From assembly GCF_003918875.1 (NCBI RefSeq), contig NW_025765336.1:186001-250000 (forward strand): DNA of 64,000 nt. The letters are read 5' to 3'. Origin of the DNA: Haliotis rubra. Its lineage: Eukaryota. How positions within the stretch are numbered: the stretch's first letter is position 1; each line of letters begins with the position of its first letter. Made by a program: the position numbers and the translations under genes. Positions 38,360 to 50,788 of the stretch are shown one piece after another. Below the pieces are notes generated by a model, which saw only the letters and a list, made by a program, of their open reading frames with translations, was not told the origin of the DNA and searched no databases.

Positions 38360-38517
38360 AACCCTTGAAGATGCGGGTTGGAATTGGTCTTCATTACCCA
38401 TGCTTGTCGTAAGAGGCGACTAACGGGATTGGGTGGTCAGGCTCGCTGACTTGGTTGACACATGTCATCATATCCCAATTGTGTAGATCGATGCTCATGA
38501 TGTTGATCACTGGATTG
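38360..38517 (+). mobile_element. SINE family 2 fragment
   Basis: CATGCTTGTCGTAAGAGGCGACTAACGGGAT core. Confidence 0.88.
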
Positions 38518-38734
38518 CAGCATAAAACAACAAACAAACTGAAAGGCCTGGAAGACCTAAACAGACCCGTATGTCGCCATCCATATCAAACAACCCTTGT
38601 CCAAGACCCATCCGACGCTCTCCGAACCCCACAAAACGATATTTGCCATTTTAAGTGACAAAGCAAAGGAAGATGAAGTTTAATATATTACACCCTTTTT
38701 CACTGGGATATATTTTTTTATGTTTTCACAATAT

Positions 38735-39180
38735 CAATTATGCTTATAGTATGCCAAGCGTATATGTAAGTAGGACGACATATGATGATCCCTATCAACC
38801 GTTGGGTAGTATATGTTGTTTTCTCGATGACAGCATGACAACACATGTACTTTACTTTAAACATTGTCGACTACTTATCTAAGTGGTGACCTCGGGATTA
38901 TGTTCCGTGAATCTCCGCACAAACATATTGCCAATCTGCTCACATGACGGGCTGGCGGATATTTTCATTACACAGAGGGACCTCGGCTCTGCAAATACCG
39001 GCTAAGTGTCACTGCGTGCTGTATTCAATAAGCTTCTTTACTCACACCTTGAAACAAAACCTACCTTCTTAAAAAATACATAGGATCACAAATGTATTTT
39101 TCGTGATAGGTTTTTGATACAACGGCCTTCAAATGAAACCTGCTTTCTTAAAAGTGCATTGGGACCGACCATTATTTTAG
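38735..39180. repeat. Left arm of a ~450 bp inverted duplication (partner 45036-45500)
   Basis: Reverse-complement match, including GTCGACTACTTATCTAAGTGGTGACCTCGGGATTATGTTCCG. Confidence 0.9.
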
Positions 39181-39594
39181 GATCACAAATGCATTTTTCG
39201 TGACTGGTTTTTGACCAAGCACAAATACTGCATACCACAGCAGACGTGTCACTTTCAGCAAACCCTTGTCATAAATTGTATATGTACCCAAATGGATCCT
39301 GCCTGTACGTACCTTTGGTCAACGCTCATACCATTAGGTTAGAAAACAATTTATGGCTAAACCACTGCATTGGAGAGGAACACATTTTATGGATTGATAA
39401 CTTCGTTATTGCAATATATCCGACGTTTCGGTGTAGATGCTAACACGGTTATCAAGCAAGTGATGCACACCATCATGCACAAAGAGAATCCAAGCATTGG
39501 AGTTCTATGGCTTCAAACCAGCGGCCCAGTTGTTCACAAACCCACCCAGTGATAAACTTCCGAGATATCCATTACTCCAGCGTTTCTTCAGCAC

Positions 39595-39812
39595 CAGGTT
39601 GACACGACGTGATAATCCTATTCAAAACGAAGTAAGACCAAACTAAAACAAATAGCTGAAATATTTCCTGTCAATATGATAGGCCGTGTATTTGTACTTT
39701 CAGCAACAGGTTGACACGACGTGATTATCCTATTCAAAACGAAGTAAGACCAAACTAAAACAAATAGCTGAAATATTTCCTGTCAATATGATAGGCCGTG
39801 TATTTGTACTTT
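39595..39812. repeat. 112-bp tandem duplication
   Basis: CAGGTTGACACGACGTGAT...TATTTGTACTTT occurs twice. Confidence 0.95.
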
Positions 39813-40682
39813 TGATACATAATGAATAGCAGCGTTATAGATGTCTTCCGAAATAGATGTCAAATAAAGGACAGCTTAACCAACCTGATCAAAGATACGT
39901 ATAAAGGGAAGTAGGAGATTTCATCTCCAAATACGTAATCCGTAATGACTGGAGTTAATATCATCTCTTTCACTGGCAATATTTCAGCCATATTGAGACA
40001 CAGTCATTAATTCTCTGATGTATCTTTGATCTATGCCTGTTGAAATGAGAGAGATAATGTCCACAGACGTAAACTTTTGTCTACTTTATATTTGTACAAG
40101 GACAGAGTAGTTTGACCATAAGATAGTAATTACAGATCTAAATATGTAAAGTGATATTTTATCGGCAGCAGTCCTCTATATTAAGTATCATTGGCATCTC
40201 GCATGGCTTACCCTCAGGCGCAACGTAACAGAATTTTACTGTTTATGGAACTTATCGTATGATACTTGTCCATTAGCTTCCTTTCAAACCGTTCCATAAT
40301 GTTACGAGGTCATTTCGAAATTGAAACGCAGAAGTTAACTGAGAAATCGGTTATATCCTAAACCGATATATAGACATAAACCTGAAATCATCAAATATCG
40401 ACACAAGATCAAAGAATAATCAGTTCATTATATTTAAATGTCAGTTTTAGGTTTATAAAGAAAACGTCAGTTCAATAGGTGCAAACAGTGGCGACGGCAA
40501 TGTCCAGCAGGAACTATATGGTAGTGCGCTCAGGGACTGTCTCTGGTGTTTTGAAAGAGGCCTGTCTGTTCTTGAAGGCGCGGTGGAGTAAGGTAGTAGT
40601 GAAAGTAGTCGAAGACCCGGTGTTCAATTCCCTCGTGGTTAGAGTGTGTGATCATTGGTGCTTTAAAAAACACACCAAAAGA

Positions 40683-40910
40683 ATGGCTCGATTAACTTTG
40701 CGACAACGAGAACGGGTGATCGGAATGATCGAAATCGGAACCTTCCACAGCCACGTTGCAAGACCGCTTGCAGCTGTCATCGTGTCACCGTCATCAGACT
40801 CATGCAGAGATACCTCAGACAGAGAGGCCTCGACCAGGCAGACCTCAGGTCACAACGTCACAGGAGTAACAGTATCTGCGCACGTTGCATCTCAGAAAGC
40901 GCTTCCTGAT
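40683..40910 (+). pseudogene. Tc1 transposase N-terminal fragment
   Basis: MARLTLRQRERVIGMIEIG..SHVAR..CHRVTVIRLMQRY..RPRPGRPQVTT..YLRTLHLRKRF (frameshifted). Confidence 0.85.
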
Positions 40911-41009
40911 GGATATTTTCAGAAATCCAGAATGTGTTAACACTGAATGGTTTGCCCTAAAGGTAGCACTAGTTTTAAAAGACCAATTTACTCAGAGTTT
41001 GTGGTCTTA

Positions 41010-41527
41010 ATGAATAATAGCCCCAAGACTCTATATTATAAGATTATAAAAGACTATAACATATGAACGTTACTTTTTTCTTCCAACCAATGTTTATATC
41101 CCAATTCTGCAATTCAGAACAATCCAAAGTAGTGAGAACGGGATTTTCAAGATAACGGTACATCCGTTCTACCCATTGAGACCGGTCGCTGGGAGGGAAT
41201 AACCACAGAAAATAGAACATGTAAGTTATGCGACTCCCCCGCAATAGCTGATGAACTTCATTATTTACCGAGATGTAGTTACTTTAATGATATTAGACTA
41301 AAGTATATTCCTTCGCAATATCTTAAATGGAAAAATCTGGTTACTTTCAAGCAACTAATGTGCACAAAGAAAAATGCAGAATTGAAAAAGCTATCGGTGT
41401 TTATTAATATTATACTAACACATTTTAAACGTTAACTGAGCCCCAGCCTGTCTTTGTCTATGTAAGCCGATGCTTTTATACTCTTGTACCACCGCTGGGT
41501 AGTTGAAGGAGAATAAAGTTGAAGTTG
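41010..41527 (+). mobile_element. LINE ORF2 C-terminus and 3' UTR (RTE-X-like)
   Basis: 41157-41435 reads GTSVLPIETGRWEGITTENRTCKLCDSPAIADELHYLPRCSYFNDIRLKYI...KR*, a CCHC finger; ends GAATAAAGTTGAAGTTG. Clade tentative. Confidence 0.88.
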
Positions 41528-42901
41528 TCATCAGCGGCGCATGGCTTGGGTCCCAGTGTAAGCCGATACACAGTAGCCAGACGACTGAGGTCCTATGGAA
41601 TCCGGGCTAACAGACCTTTCCGGGGACAGTAGTTGACAGCCGAACATCGTCGACTGAGATTTAGATGGGCCCGGGCGGTTCGACGTTGGCATAGCCGGTG
41701 AATCATATCAGATGTTTCGTCACGATAGAGCTTTTAATCTATGGTAGCGTTTCTTTAGCCGGTCAGTCCATATCAACTCTGTGCACTGACTCAGCATTTA
41801 CCTGACGTAGGAACAAGAATTGGCTCTGAAACGTCGCATAAAGAGTAAACAAGAAGTTGTAATATAAAAACGTGTCATGTATTCATACGACTACAGTGTA
41901 GACGTTCTGAGATTACCAGTAAACGCAAACGTTTATAAATTAGATTTGTCTTACAATACAGAGTGACAGCAGGAAGGTGATGAGACACTGACAAGGTCAT
42001 CCACGCAGTGTACCGATGGTAAAACCCAAACCAACACCAATTATTGACCCTCGGAACAACTCTAAAAGGACGAATCGCTCAATCAGCAACCGTTTCACTC
42101 CAACGTGTTCTTGGGATTAATAGGTGAATGCCAGTACGTTATCTGAAGAGCATGCCCAAGGCATTAATATGTTACAAGAAACATTGGTTTCTCCAGAACG
42201 AGTGATAAACCTGACATTCTTCGGTTTTTAACCTATTTCCACATTTCAGAAAGACGAGAAACGATTGATTACGATTGAATATGACATTTTTCTTTTCTTT
42301 TCAACACATTTTCACATTTCAAAAATACAGGAATCGATTGATTCCTTATGATGGAATTCCGTTTCCGTATGTAATATTAGGGATTGCGTAAGCCTATCAT
42401 CTGAGGTTTATACAGTTCCATGCATCTATGCATGGTAACAAGACGGTGCCAGTGAGTCTGGTGTCGTCCTGGTCTACAATGGTAAATTGACCGTACAGTT
42501 TAATCACATTATTCATTGTAAATATCCCCTTGCAGCTAGAGCCGTTTCCAAATGGCACATCATATCAATGTGAATTGAACTAGTTATTCGAATCGACAGG
42601 GCATTCATCAATGAAATATTACAACTCCTTGGGTTTCTCAAAACACATTGTATGCAACAAATTCTTAAAAATAGCCTCTCACATTATGAGATTACTAGTA
42701 AAAGCATCTCAAAAGACTCTGCTCAAGCGTGGGCACTGATTGTGAACACATTTGGTTAACTGCTTTTATAAAGATTGTATTAGAGAGTGTTTCGTTATTG
42801 TAATACATAACCCGCTTCATTTACACTTCCAGATGCACTGGTTGGCCACGCTCTTTGTTCACATATACTAGTCAACAAATGTAGGGGACATTCAATAATT
42901 G

Positions 42902-43118
42902 ACTGAGTGAGTGAGTTTAGTTTTACGCTGCCTTCAGCAAAATTCCAGCTATATGGCGTCAGTCTGTAAATAAACAGCATGAGCATCGATCTACGCAATT
43001 GAGATACGATGACATGTGTCAACCAGGCCAGCGAGCTTGATCACCCGATCCCGTTAGTCGCCTTTAATGACAAGCATGGGTTACTGAAGATCAATTCTAA
43101 CCCGGATCTTCACGGGTT
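42902..43118 (-). mobile_element. SINE family 2
   Basis: Core plus (GAGT)n tail; duplicated with its flank at 46548. Confidence 0.9.
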
Positions 43119-44060
43119 GGATATTCAAAAGGATGTCTCAACTATATAGTAATATTTTGCATTTCTAATGGGATAAAAAGTGTAACAGCGTAACAGGGAC
43201 ATATGACTATTTTGGTATTTGTCATTGAACGCCAGATGACCATAGATTTTGTCAGATGATTGGCCAAAACTCTCTGCTGGAACAATGCTCTCTTTAGTTC
43301 CAAGCTCCAATATGCCAATTGTACGTAGCCGTTCCTTGCATGACAGACGCGGAATGTAAAAAGAGTTTTTAGTGTTTAAAAGTAATATCGGAACAACTTT
43401 CAGCCTGGTTTTTATCACTGAAATGTACAACGACACACTGACACGTTTCACTGGGTTGTTTTCGAATTTTACCCCGACCATGTTTACATGCACAACACGA
43501 AAAACACTTGGGCGAAATGGTTGTGTTTGCACGGAATTCATAACACGTTCTGAATTGAATAGTCATTCTCTAAAATCTATGTACAATATTACAATTTGGT
43601 TCACAAATAATATCCCCAAAATGGAATATCCCCTACTTTTTTAAATACTACACTTGCGGTCGCGCTTACTCATTTCATTTACCTGTCCTTTCACTACATG
43701 ATCCTGTTCCTTGCCTCTTACAAGCATGAATTTCTGGGTACAAATTTAAAGCCATATCTTTGGCGAAGGTGGAAATGGACCCATTTTTATTTACCTGTCC
43801 TTTCAATGATTTGTGGCAGAAAGCAATTAGCAATATTCCAGCAATATCATGGTGTGGACACCAGAAATGACGATCCCGTTAGTCACCTCTACGACAAGCA
43901 TGGGCGGCTGAATGACAATTCTAACCCGGATCTTCACGGGTCTGTAGCTATGGAAAGGGATTTGTCTCTTTTATTTACAGTTGTCCTAAATGTAATAAGA
44001 TGGCAGCATTTACCTCAAGCAATCTAATACCGATGTGTTGGATCGGTCACTTCTTCTTCT

Positions 44061-44362
44061 CAGTGTGCGAAATAGCCACGGGCCCGCTAGCCCGTTGCTA
44101 GTAAAATTCCAGTCGGGCCAGTAAATATCTACCGTCACTGGCCCGACTGGCTAGTGAATTTTCATGGGGTCATTTTGTAAATATATCCCTCTCTCCGACT
44201 TGTTAAGTTATAATACACTATTGAATCATGCAAGATTATGGCCTTATAAAAATGTTCATCATATTAGCAGCTTAATGATGAAACCCGCGTCATGCCGACA
44301 ATATCTTATTCTCATCTATTTTTGGAATCGTTTGCTTAGTTTCTACATTCTGAGTTCGGAAA
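44061..44362 (+). mobile_element. Truncated copy of the hAT-like element at 58507
   Basis: Begins CAGTGTGCGAAATAGCCAC and is colinear with 58507-58800. Confidence 0.85.
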
Positions 44363-44379
44363 ACATTCTTATAAGATAA

Positions 44380-44985
44380 CCAAATTAGTAAATCAATGTG
44401 CACATGTGAAAACGTTGTGGCAGCCACTAAATGCCTGGATTGAACGAGATACAGGCACAAGATTAATTCTGGATGCAAAACATATCATCTTTGGATATAA
44501 AGAAAAACGAAATGATGTATTAAACCTGATTATCATCGCAACAAAATACTATGTATATACAAAGAAATGTTCTAATTCGCATCACAGTTTGTTGGATTAA
44601 ACTAGTACCTACACACCCTGTATGAAATTGACAAATTTACTGCCTTTTCCTACTGCAACTATGGTAAATTCTTCCCCTTTTGGTCATCTTGCCACAACCT
44701 CTTCACATAAATTACAATGCAAATGTGTTGTTCTGGTCTTGTATCACCCTACGGATTATCTACCACCCGGGTTCGATTCCCCACACGGGTACAGTGTGTG
44801 AAGCCCATTTCTGGTGTCCCCCGCCGTGATATTGCTGGAATATTGCTAAAAGCGGCGTTAAGCCATACTCACTCACTCTGCCATCCGTGTCCATATTTTG
44901 TATATTAACATGTACCACAAAAAAAACAATTAAAAAACATTTATGTGCCCATTATAAAGAAATAAAGTGATAAAAAAAAAATTAA
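44380..44985 (+). mobile_element. L1/Tx1-type LINE 3' end, with a SINE family 1 fragment at 44766-44878
   Basis: QCAHVKTLWQPLNAWIE...HIIFGYKEKRNDVLNLIIIATKYYVY is typical of the Tx1/L1 ORF2 C-terminus; AATAAA and A-rich tail near 44960-44985. Confidence 0.8.
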
Positions 44986-45035
44986 AATTCATGCAGTAAA
45001 AATATTCACTATCGTCAAAATGTAATTGTGCTCCT

Positions 45036-45500
45036 TAAATAATGGTCGGTCCCTATGCACTATTAAGAAGGCAGGTTTCGTTTGAAGGCCGTTGTATCAA
45101 AAACCAATCACGAAAAATGCATTTGTGATCCTAAAAGAATGGTCGGTCCCAATGTATTTTCAAGAAGATAGGTTTTGTTTCAAGGCCGTCGTGGGAGTAA
45201 AGCTTATTGAATACAGCCCGCAGTGGCACTAAGCCGGTATTTGCCGGGCTGAGATCCCTCTGTGCAATGTAAGTATCCGGTAGGCCGTCATGTCAGCAGA
45301 TTGGCAATATGTTTGTGCGGAGATTCGCGGAACATAATCCCGAGGTCACCACTTAGATAAGTAGTCGACGATGTTTGAAGTGCATGTACTCTCATGCTGT
45401 CATCGAGAAAACATCATATACTACCCAACGGTTGATAAGGATAATCAGAAATGTCATCCTACTTACATATACGATTGGCATATTACAAGCATCATTGGTT
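45036..45500. repeat. Right arm of the inverted duplication
   Basis: Reverse complement of 38735-39180. Confidence 0.9.
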
Positions 45501-45734
45501 TTAAGGAAGGAAATATATCACAATTAAAAATGATGCAATTTATTACACTTCATCATTCCCCTTGCATTTTTCTGGGAAACTTCATAAAATATAACCTAAT
45601 TCGCAATTTCACTAATACCTAGCTAATATTTAATGTATAGCTTACAGTTCAAACCGATTTATCTGATGTACAGAATACTTGCACTTTTGTGACCTCAGCA
45701 ATGTTATTTGCCTTTGTCACTTCTAAAAACATCA

Positions 45735-45906
45735 GGGCGGTTGGGTAGCCTAGTGGTTAAAGCGTTCGCTCGTCCCGCCGTAGACCCGAGTTCGATTCCC
45801 CATATGGGTACAGTGTGTGAAGCTCATTTCTGGTGTCCCACGTCGTGATTTTGCTGGAATATTGCTAAAAGCGTCGTAAAACCAAACTCACTCACTCACT
45901 CACTCT
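45735..45906 (+). mobile_element. SINE family 1, full length
   Basis: A/B boxes and (CACT)n tail. Confidence 0.93.
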
Positions 45907-46547
45907 AAAATAAATCTAAAAAATCATCCTGTTTGGCACGATGGGTTGTTTCATATTTCGAATTGAACAAAATATTATCGCGCGTTTTTCCGCCAAACTA
46001 TAATCCTATTTAATCACATGTGCAATGAGTATCACTTTCCTGCGCTGCACCGACAGAATTATAATTTCAAGTTTCATCACAATGAAATAAAGGGTTTGTA
46101 AACAACAGTGCAAACCTAATAGAACACAACAAATCTTTCCGCAAACAGCAGCCACCGGCAACGCTCCATCTCGAATGTCAAGGGCGATGAGGACCTAGTT
46201 CTGATAATGACGCGAGTTGTTGTTAGGAATACATCTGTAATGAGATCATTGTTGTGACTAGTATCTGGTACATAAAACTCTCAATTACCCTAGTAATAAT
46301 AAACTCTTACCGCTGCCAGGCAACGCCGGTGCTGCTTTCCCGAAAACTATTTATCACGCCTTGTTAATGACGTTGAGATGACAGAGCCAAGGGCTATCGG
46401 CGTCTTAACAAACCGGTAATATGTTTTGAGTTCAAACACTGGCAAAAAATCATTCCATGTGATGTGATTTGTCATATCGGCTGGACACGAAGAGTTTTCG
46501 TTCTCTGACAGGTGGCATATATGTCCTTGCAACAACAACAAAAATGT

Positions 46548-46791
46548 GAGGAGTGAGTTTAGGTTTTACGCCGCACTCAGCAATATTCCAGCTATATGGC
46601 GGCTGGCTGTAAATAATCGATTCTAGACGAGACAATCCAGTGATCAACAGCATAAGCATCGATCTACGCAATTGGGATACGATGACATGTGTGAACCAAG
46701 TCAGCGAGCCTGACAACCCGACCGTGTTAGTCGCCTTGGACGAAATGTATGGGTTACTGAAGATCAATTCAAACCCGGATCTTCACGGGTT
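46548..46791 (-). mobile_element. SINE family 2
   Basis: Core plus tail; shares its right flank with the 42902 copy. Confidence 0.9.
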
Positions 46792-47009
46792 GGATATTGA
46801 ATAAAAAGATGTCACAACTGTGTAGTAATAATTTATATTTTTAATTGGATAAAAAGCGCAACAGGGACATGTGACCATTTTTGCATTTGTCATTGAACAC
46901 CAGATGACCATGGATTTTGTCAGATGATTGGCCAAAACGCTCTACTGGAACAGCTCTTTAGTTCCAAGTTGAAATATGCCAATTGTACGTAATGTGACGG
47001 TAAAAAGAG

Positions 47010-47173
47010 TGAGTGAGTGAGTTTAGTTTTACGCCGCTTTTGGCAATATTCCAGCAATATCACGGCGGGGGACACCAGATATGGGCTTCACATATTGTAC
47101 CCATGCAGGGAATCGAACCCGGGTCTTCGGCGTGACGAGCGAACGCTTTAACCACTAGGCTACCCCACCGCCC
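47010..47173 (-). mobile_element. SINE family 1, full length
   Basis: TSD TGACGGT(A/T)AAAAGA. Confidence 0.95.
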
Positions 47174-47919
47174 CTGACGGTTAAAAGAAGATTGAGTAGG
47201 GTTTAAAAACGTTTGAACAGTTTTCTAGTTCTACCATGACGTGTGTGGGAAGAAAACGTGCACCCAGGGATTCGAACCAAAATCTAACCGGGATTCTAAC
47301 CATAATCTGCCTCAAGGGACGCAACTCTGCACGGCAAACAGACGTGCCTTGAACAACAGGGTCATCCGAGACCCAAGCTATGACGACAATCACGTGACTT
47401 ATCACGTGGGGCGGAAGTTATAACATGAACCTTCGAGATCCTTCCTTGTCATATGTGTGCTCATCCGCGATAATCTCCAGGGTATACGTTACGATCACTA
47501 TCCACTATACCCTGGATGCATCCACGGCTTGGCCCGATGATTTTATTACCTCCCTCACTCTGCCGTCCTAAGGAATAGTTTTTGTTTTCACTGTTTCCAT
47601 CGGACGTGGGCGCTTGAAGTCTGTTCGATTTGGCAAAAATCACGATTATTTTCTTATTGGTAACCTACTGCAATGCCAGTGTGCTATCATTATGATGACA
47701 TCAGCCTACATGTTCTGAAGACCTTCTGGGAACACGGACAACTTTTCCTTCCGGTGTTGTTAAATATCTTTTATATATAACTTCAAAGGCCAATTTGCCT
47801 ATTAGACCTTATTACGTACCATAACTTAAAACAGTCGCCACCCGCAATTACTTTCGTTCTTTACAAAGACGTATTATCCAGACTTTGCCACTGGCATGGG
47901 TGGATATTCACCCAGTTGT

Positions 47920-48812
47920 AGAGGTGCTGACATCATTGATTTCCACAAAACACGAAACCTTTCCACTGTGTCCTTGCTTGAGTGAGTGAGTGAGTTGGGT
48001 TCTAATTCTTCATGAGTTGCTGAGCTTGTCTTTGTGTTTGATCTCTTTCAGACCAATTCTTGTAACAGAGGTGCTGACATCATTGATTTCCACAAAACAC
48101 CAAACTTTTCCACTGTGTCCTTGCTTGAGTGAGTGAGTGAGTTGGGTTCAAATTCTTAATGAGTTGCTGAACTTGTCTTTGTGTTTGATCTCTTTCAGAC
48201 CAATTCTTGTAACAGAAGTGCTGACATCATTGATTTCCACAAAACACCAAACTTTTCCACTGTGTCCTTGCTTGAGTGAGTGAGTGAGTGAGTGAGTTGT
48301 GGTTCAATTCTTCATGAGTCATTGATTTGAACTTGTCTTTGTGTTTGATTAATCTTTCTTGTCTTTGTGTTTGATCTCTTTCAGACCAATTCTTGTAACA
48401 GAAGTGCTGACATCATTGATTTCCACAAAACACCAAACTTTTCCACTGCGTCCTTGCTTGAGTGAGTGAGTGAGTTGGGTTCTAATTCTTAATGAGTTGC
48501 TGAACTTGTCTTTGTGTTTGATCTCTTTCAGACCAATTCTTGTAACAGAAGTGCTGACATCATTGATTTCCACAAAACACCAAACTTTTCCACTGTGTCC
48601 TTGCTTGAGTGAGTGAGTGAGTTGGGTTCAAATTCTTCATGAGTGAACTTTCTTTGTGTTTGATGAGTTGCTGAACTTGATTTCTTTGTGTTTGATCTCT
48701 TTCAGACCAATTCTTGTAACAGAAGTGCTGACATCATTGATTTCCACAAACACTCAAACTTTTCCACTGTGTCCTTGCTTGAGTTAGGATCACTAGGAGT
48801 GAGTTGGGTTCT
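47920..48812. repeat. 147-bp tandem repeat, about 6 copies, each with a short (GAGT)n run
   Basis: GTGCTGACATC at 47924, 48071, 48218, 48404, 48551, 48725. Confidence 0.95.
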
Positions 48813-48882
48813 AAACGAAGCAAATTATTAACTGGTTCAACTCCAATTTGAACAGTATTCCATATATATCAGGCGTCTCAGG

Positions 48883-49042
48883 GGGGCGGTGGGGTAGCTT
48901 AATGGTTTCAGCATCAGATCGTCACGCTCGGGTTCGAATCCCCATATGGATACAATGTGTGAAGCCCATTTCTGGGTCCCCTGTCGTGATATTGCTTGAG
49001 TATTGCTAAAAGCAACGTAAAACCCAACTCACTCACTCACTC
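48883..49042 (+). mobile_element. SINE family 1, diverged
   Basis: Head, body and (CACT)n tail are recognisable. Confidence 0.88.
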
Positions 49043-49153
49043 AAAGTCAACGTCGATGGCATTTCGTGAAAAGCTCTGAACACCTGAAGGGTGCTGGCAA
49101 GTGTAGAAACATCAACATGTCATGGATTCGAATCCACCATCATGGGTTTCTAG

Positions 49154-49650
49154 TAGGGGTGGGCGATAATAACGGTTAACCGGTATATTGCAATTCGAAC
49201 TTCACGATACGATATATTGCGGTACACTTTTCGCGAACCGGTTCACCCGATACGATCGCAAATTTCCGTGATGTAGTCAAAAGTACTGATAACATTAGTA
49301 TTTCCTTTATATTATTATACATTAATAGTTTTGAGAATGTTTATTGGTCATATAATTAATACGTATTTGCACATTTGCGTGACTTTTAAACCGTATAAAT
49401 AAGAAAAAATAGAATGGTACCGGCACTCTTTTGAAGGATAAACAAACCAAAATGGCGGTCGCTTTTTCTTGAGTTCCAAACTTTAGAGCGAAATTTTTAA
49501 TTTGGAAACATTTTCAATTGATCTATTGTACAATCACATCTGAGTCCTTACAGTGGCCAGTGGCCACAATATATTGCAATACATATTGCAAGACGCCAAC
49601 ACATATCACAATATATCGCAATACGAAAATATTGGCAATACCCAACTCTA
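49154..49650. mobile_element. Non-autonomous hAT element
   Basis: Termini TAGGGGTGGG / CCCAACTCTA; perfect 8-bp TSD GTTTCTAG (49146-49153, 49651-49658). Confidence 0.88.
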
Positions 49651-50500
49651 GTTTCTAGCATGTCCAAGAGTGCCCTAACTGCACATCGAATTGCAGGGCC
49701 TTTGTCAACTGAAAAAATATGTTATAAGCAGCTTCAATCTTTCATCATATAACTCGGAAAAAACACACGGAAAATTAAAGCATGTTTTATTGAAGAAACA
49801 GTCAAAGCCAACAGAACCAGTTGCTGGACTTTTACCACAATATACTTTGAAACATTAACTGTATCATACACGCACTCAACAAAATAGTCTTTTGAATTTG
49901 ATACAGCATTCATTAACAAGTCCATAATAAAACTATATATTATTTTGTCAGAAAATAACAGAATTTGCTTACAAAAAGCAAATGGCACATTTATCTGTTC
50001 ACATCACGTGATTCAACAATTACTGACATTGACAAACATTTCTTCCATGCTGAGATGTTAGTTTAACGAAAATATGAAGATGTGATGGAAAATCGGTGTC
50101 ACTTGTAAAATCCCATAACCAGTTTCTCTTCGGTAAGAATATAAATCGGTGAGATATGTAGAATGGCGTCTTCAAGGCTAAATTACCCCCGCCTTTGCTG
50201 TGAAGGATCCTTACAATGACTGTTGTTATTAAACCTAATGCAGTCTTTGACTTTAGCCAGTAGTTGTCCAGAAAAGCCATCTTCAGTGAAGTAAGCTTTC
50301 TGAAAAAAGCCCATACATAAAGTGACAAGTTTCAGGTCAGTAGACTATTCTGGTTCTAGTGCAGAGTTATGATAAATATACACTTTTACACTAGTATATG
50401 GTATAGCTCTACAGATAAGCACTACTTTGTACTAAATGCACAGAGTGTTTTCCATTAAATGTTCAAGAGGTACACAGCAGATGCTAAACATTTACACGTT

Positions 50501-50788
50501 CACACAAGCAGCAGGATCATGTACACATCCACACAAGCAGCAGGATCATGTACACATCCACACAAGCAGCAGGATCATGTACACATCCACACAAGCAGCA
50601 GGATCATGTACACATCCACACAAGCAGCAGGATCATGTACACATCCACACAAGCAGCAGGATCATGTACACGTCCACACAAGCAGCAGGATCATGTACAT
50701 GTCCACACACAAGCAGCAGGATCATGTATGTACGTCCACACAAGCAGCAGGATCATGTACACGTCCACACAAGCAGCAGGATCATGTA
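50501..50788. repeat. 29-bp minisatellite, about 10 copies (CACACAAGCAGCAGGATCATGTACACATC)
   Basis: Seen directly. Confidence 0.97.

Noticed and set aside
43125-43644. 138-aa and 90-aa ORFs
   Set aside because: No recognisable family, and the paralogous copy at 46790-46990 has indels relative to it.
47262-47335. tRNA-Sec or vault RNA
   Set aside because: The T-stem does not pair, there is no A box at the right spacing, and an internal TTTT would terminate Pol III. Kept only as part of the promoter-like finding.
47920-48812. CRISPR-like repeat array
   Set aside because: Units are contiguous with no unique spacers, there are no cas genes, and the context is eukaryotic. The same applies to 35535 and 50501.
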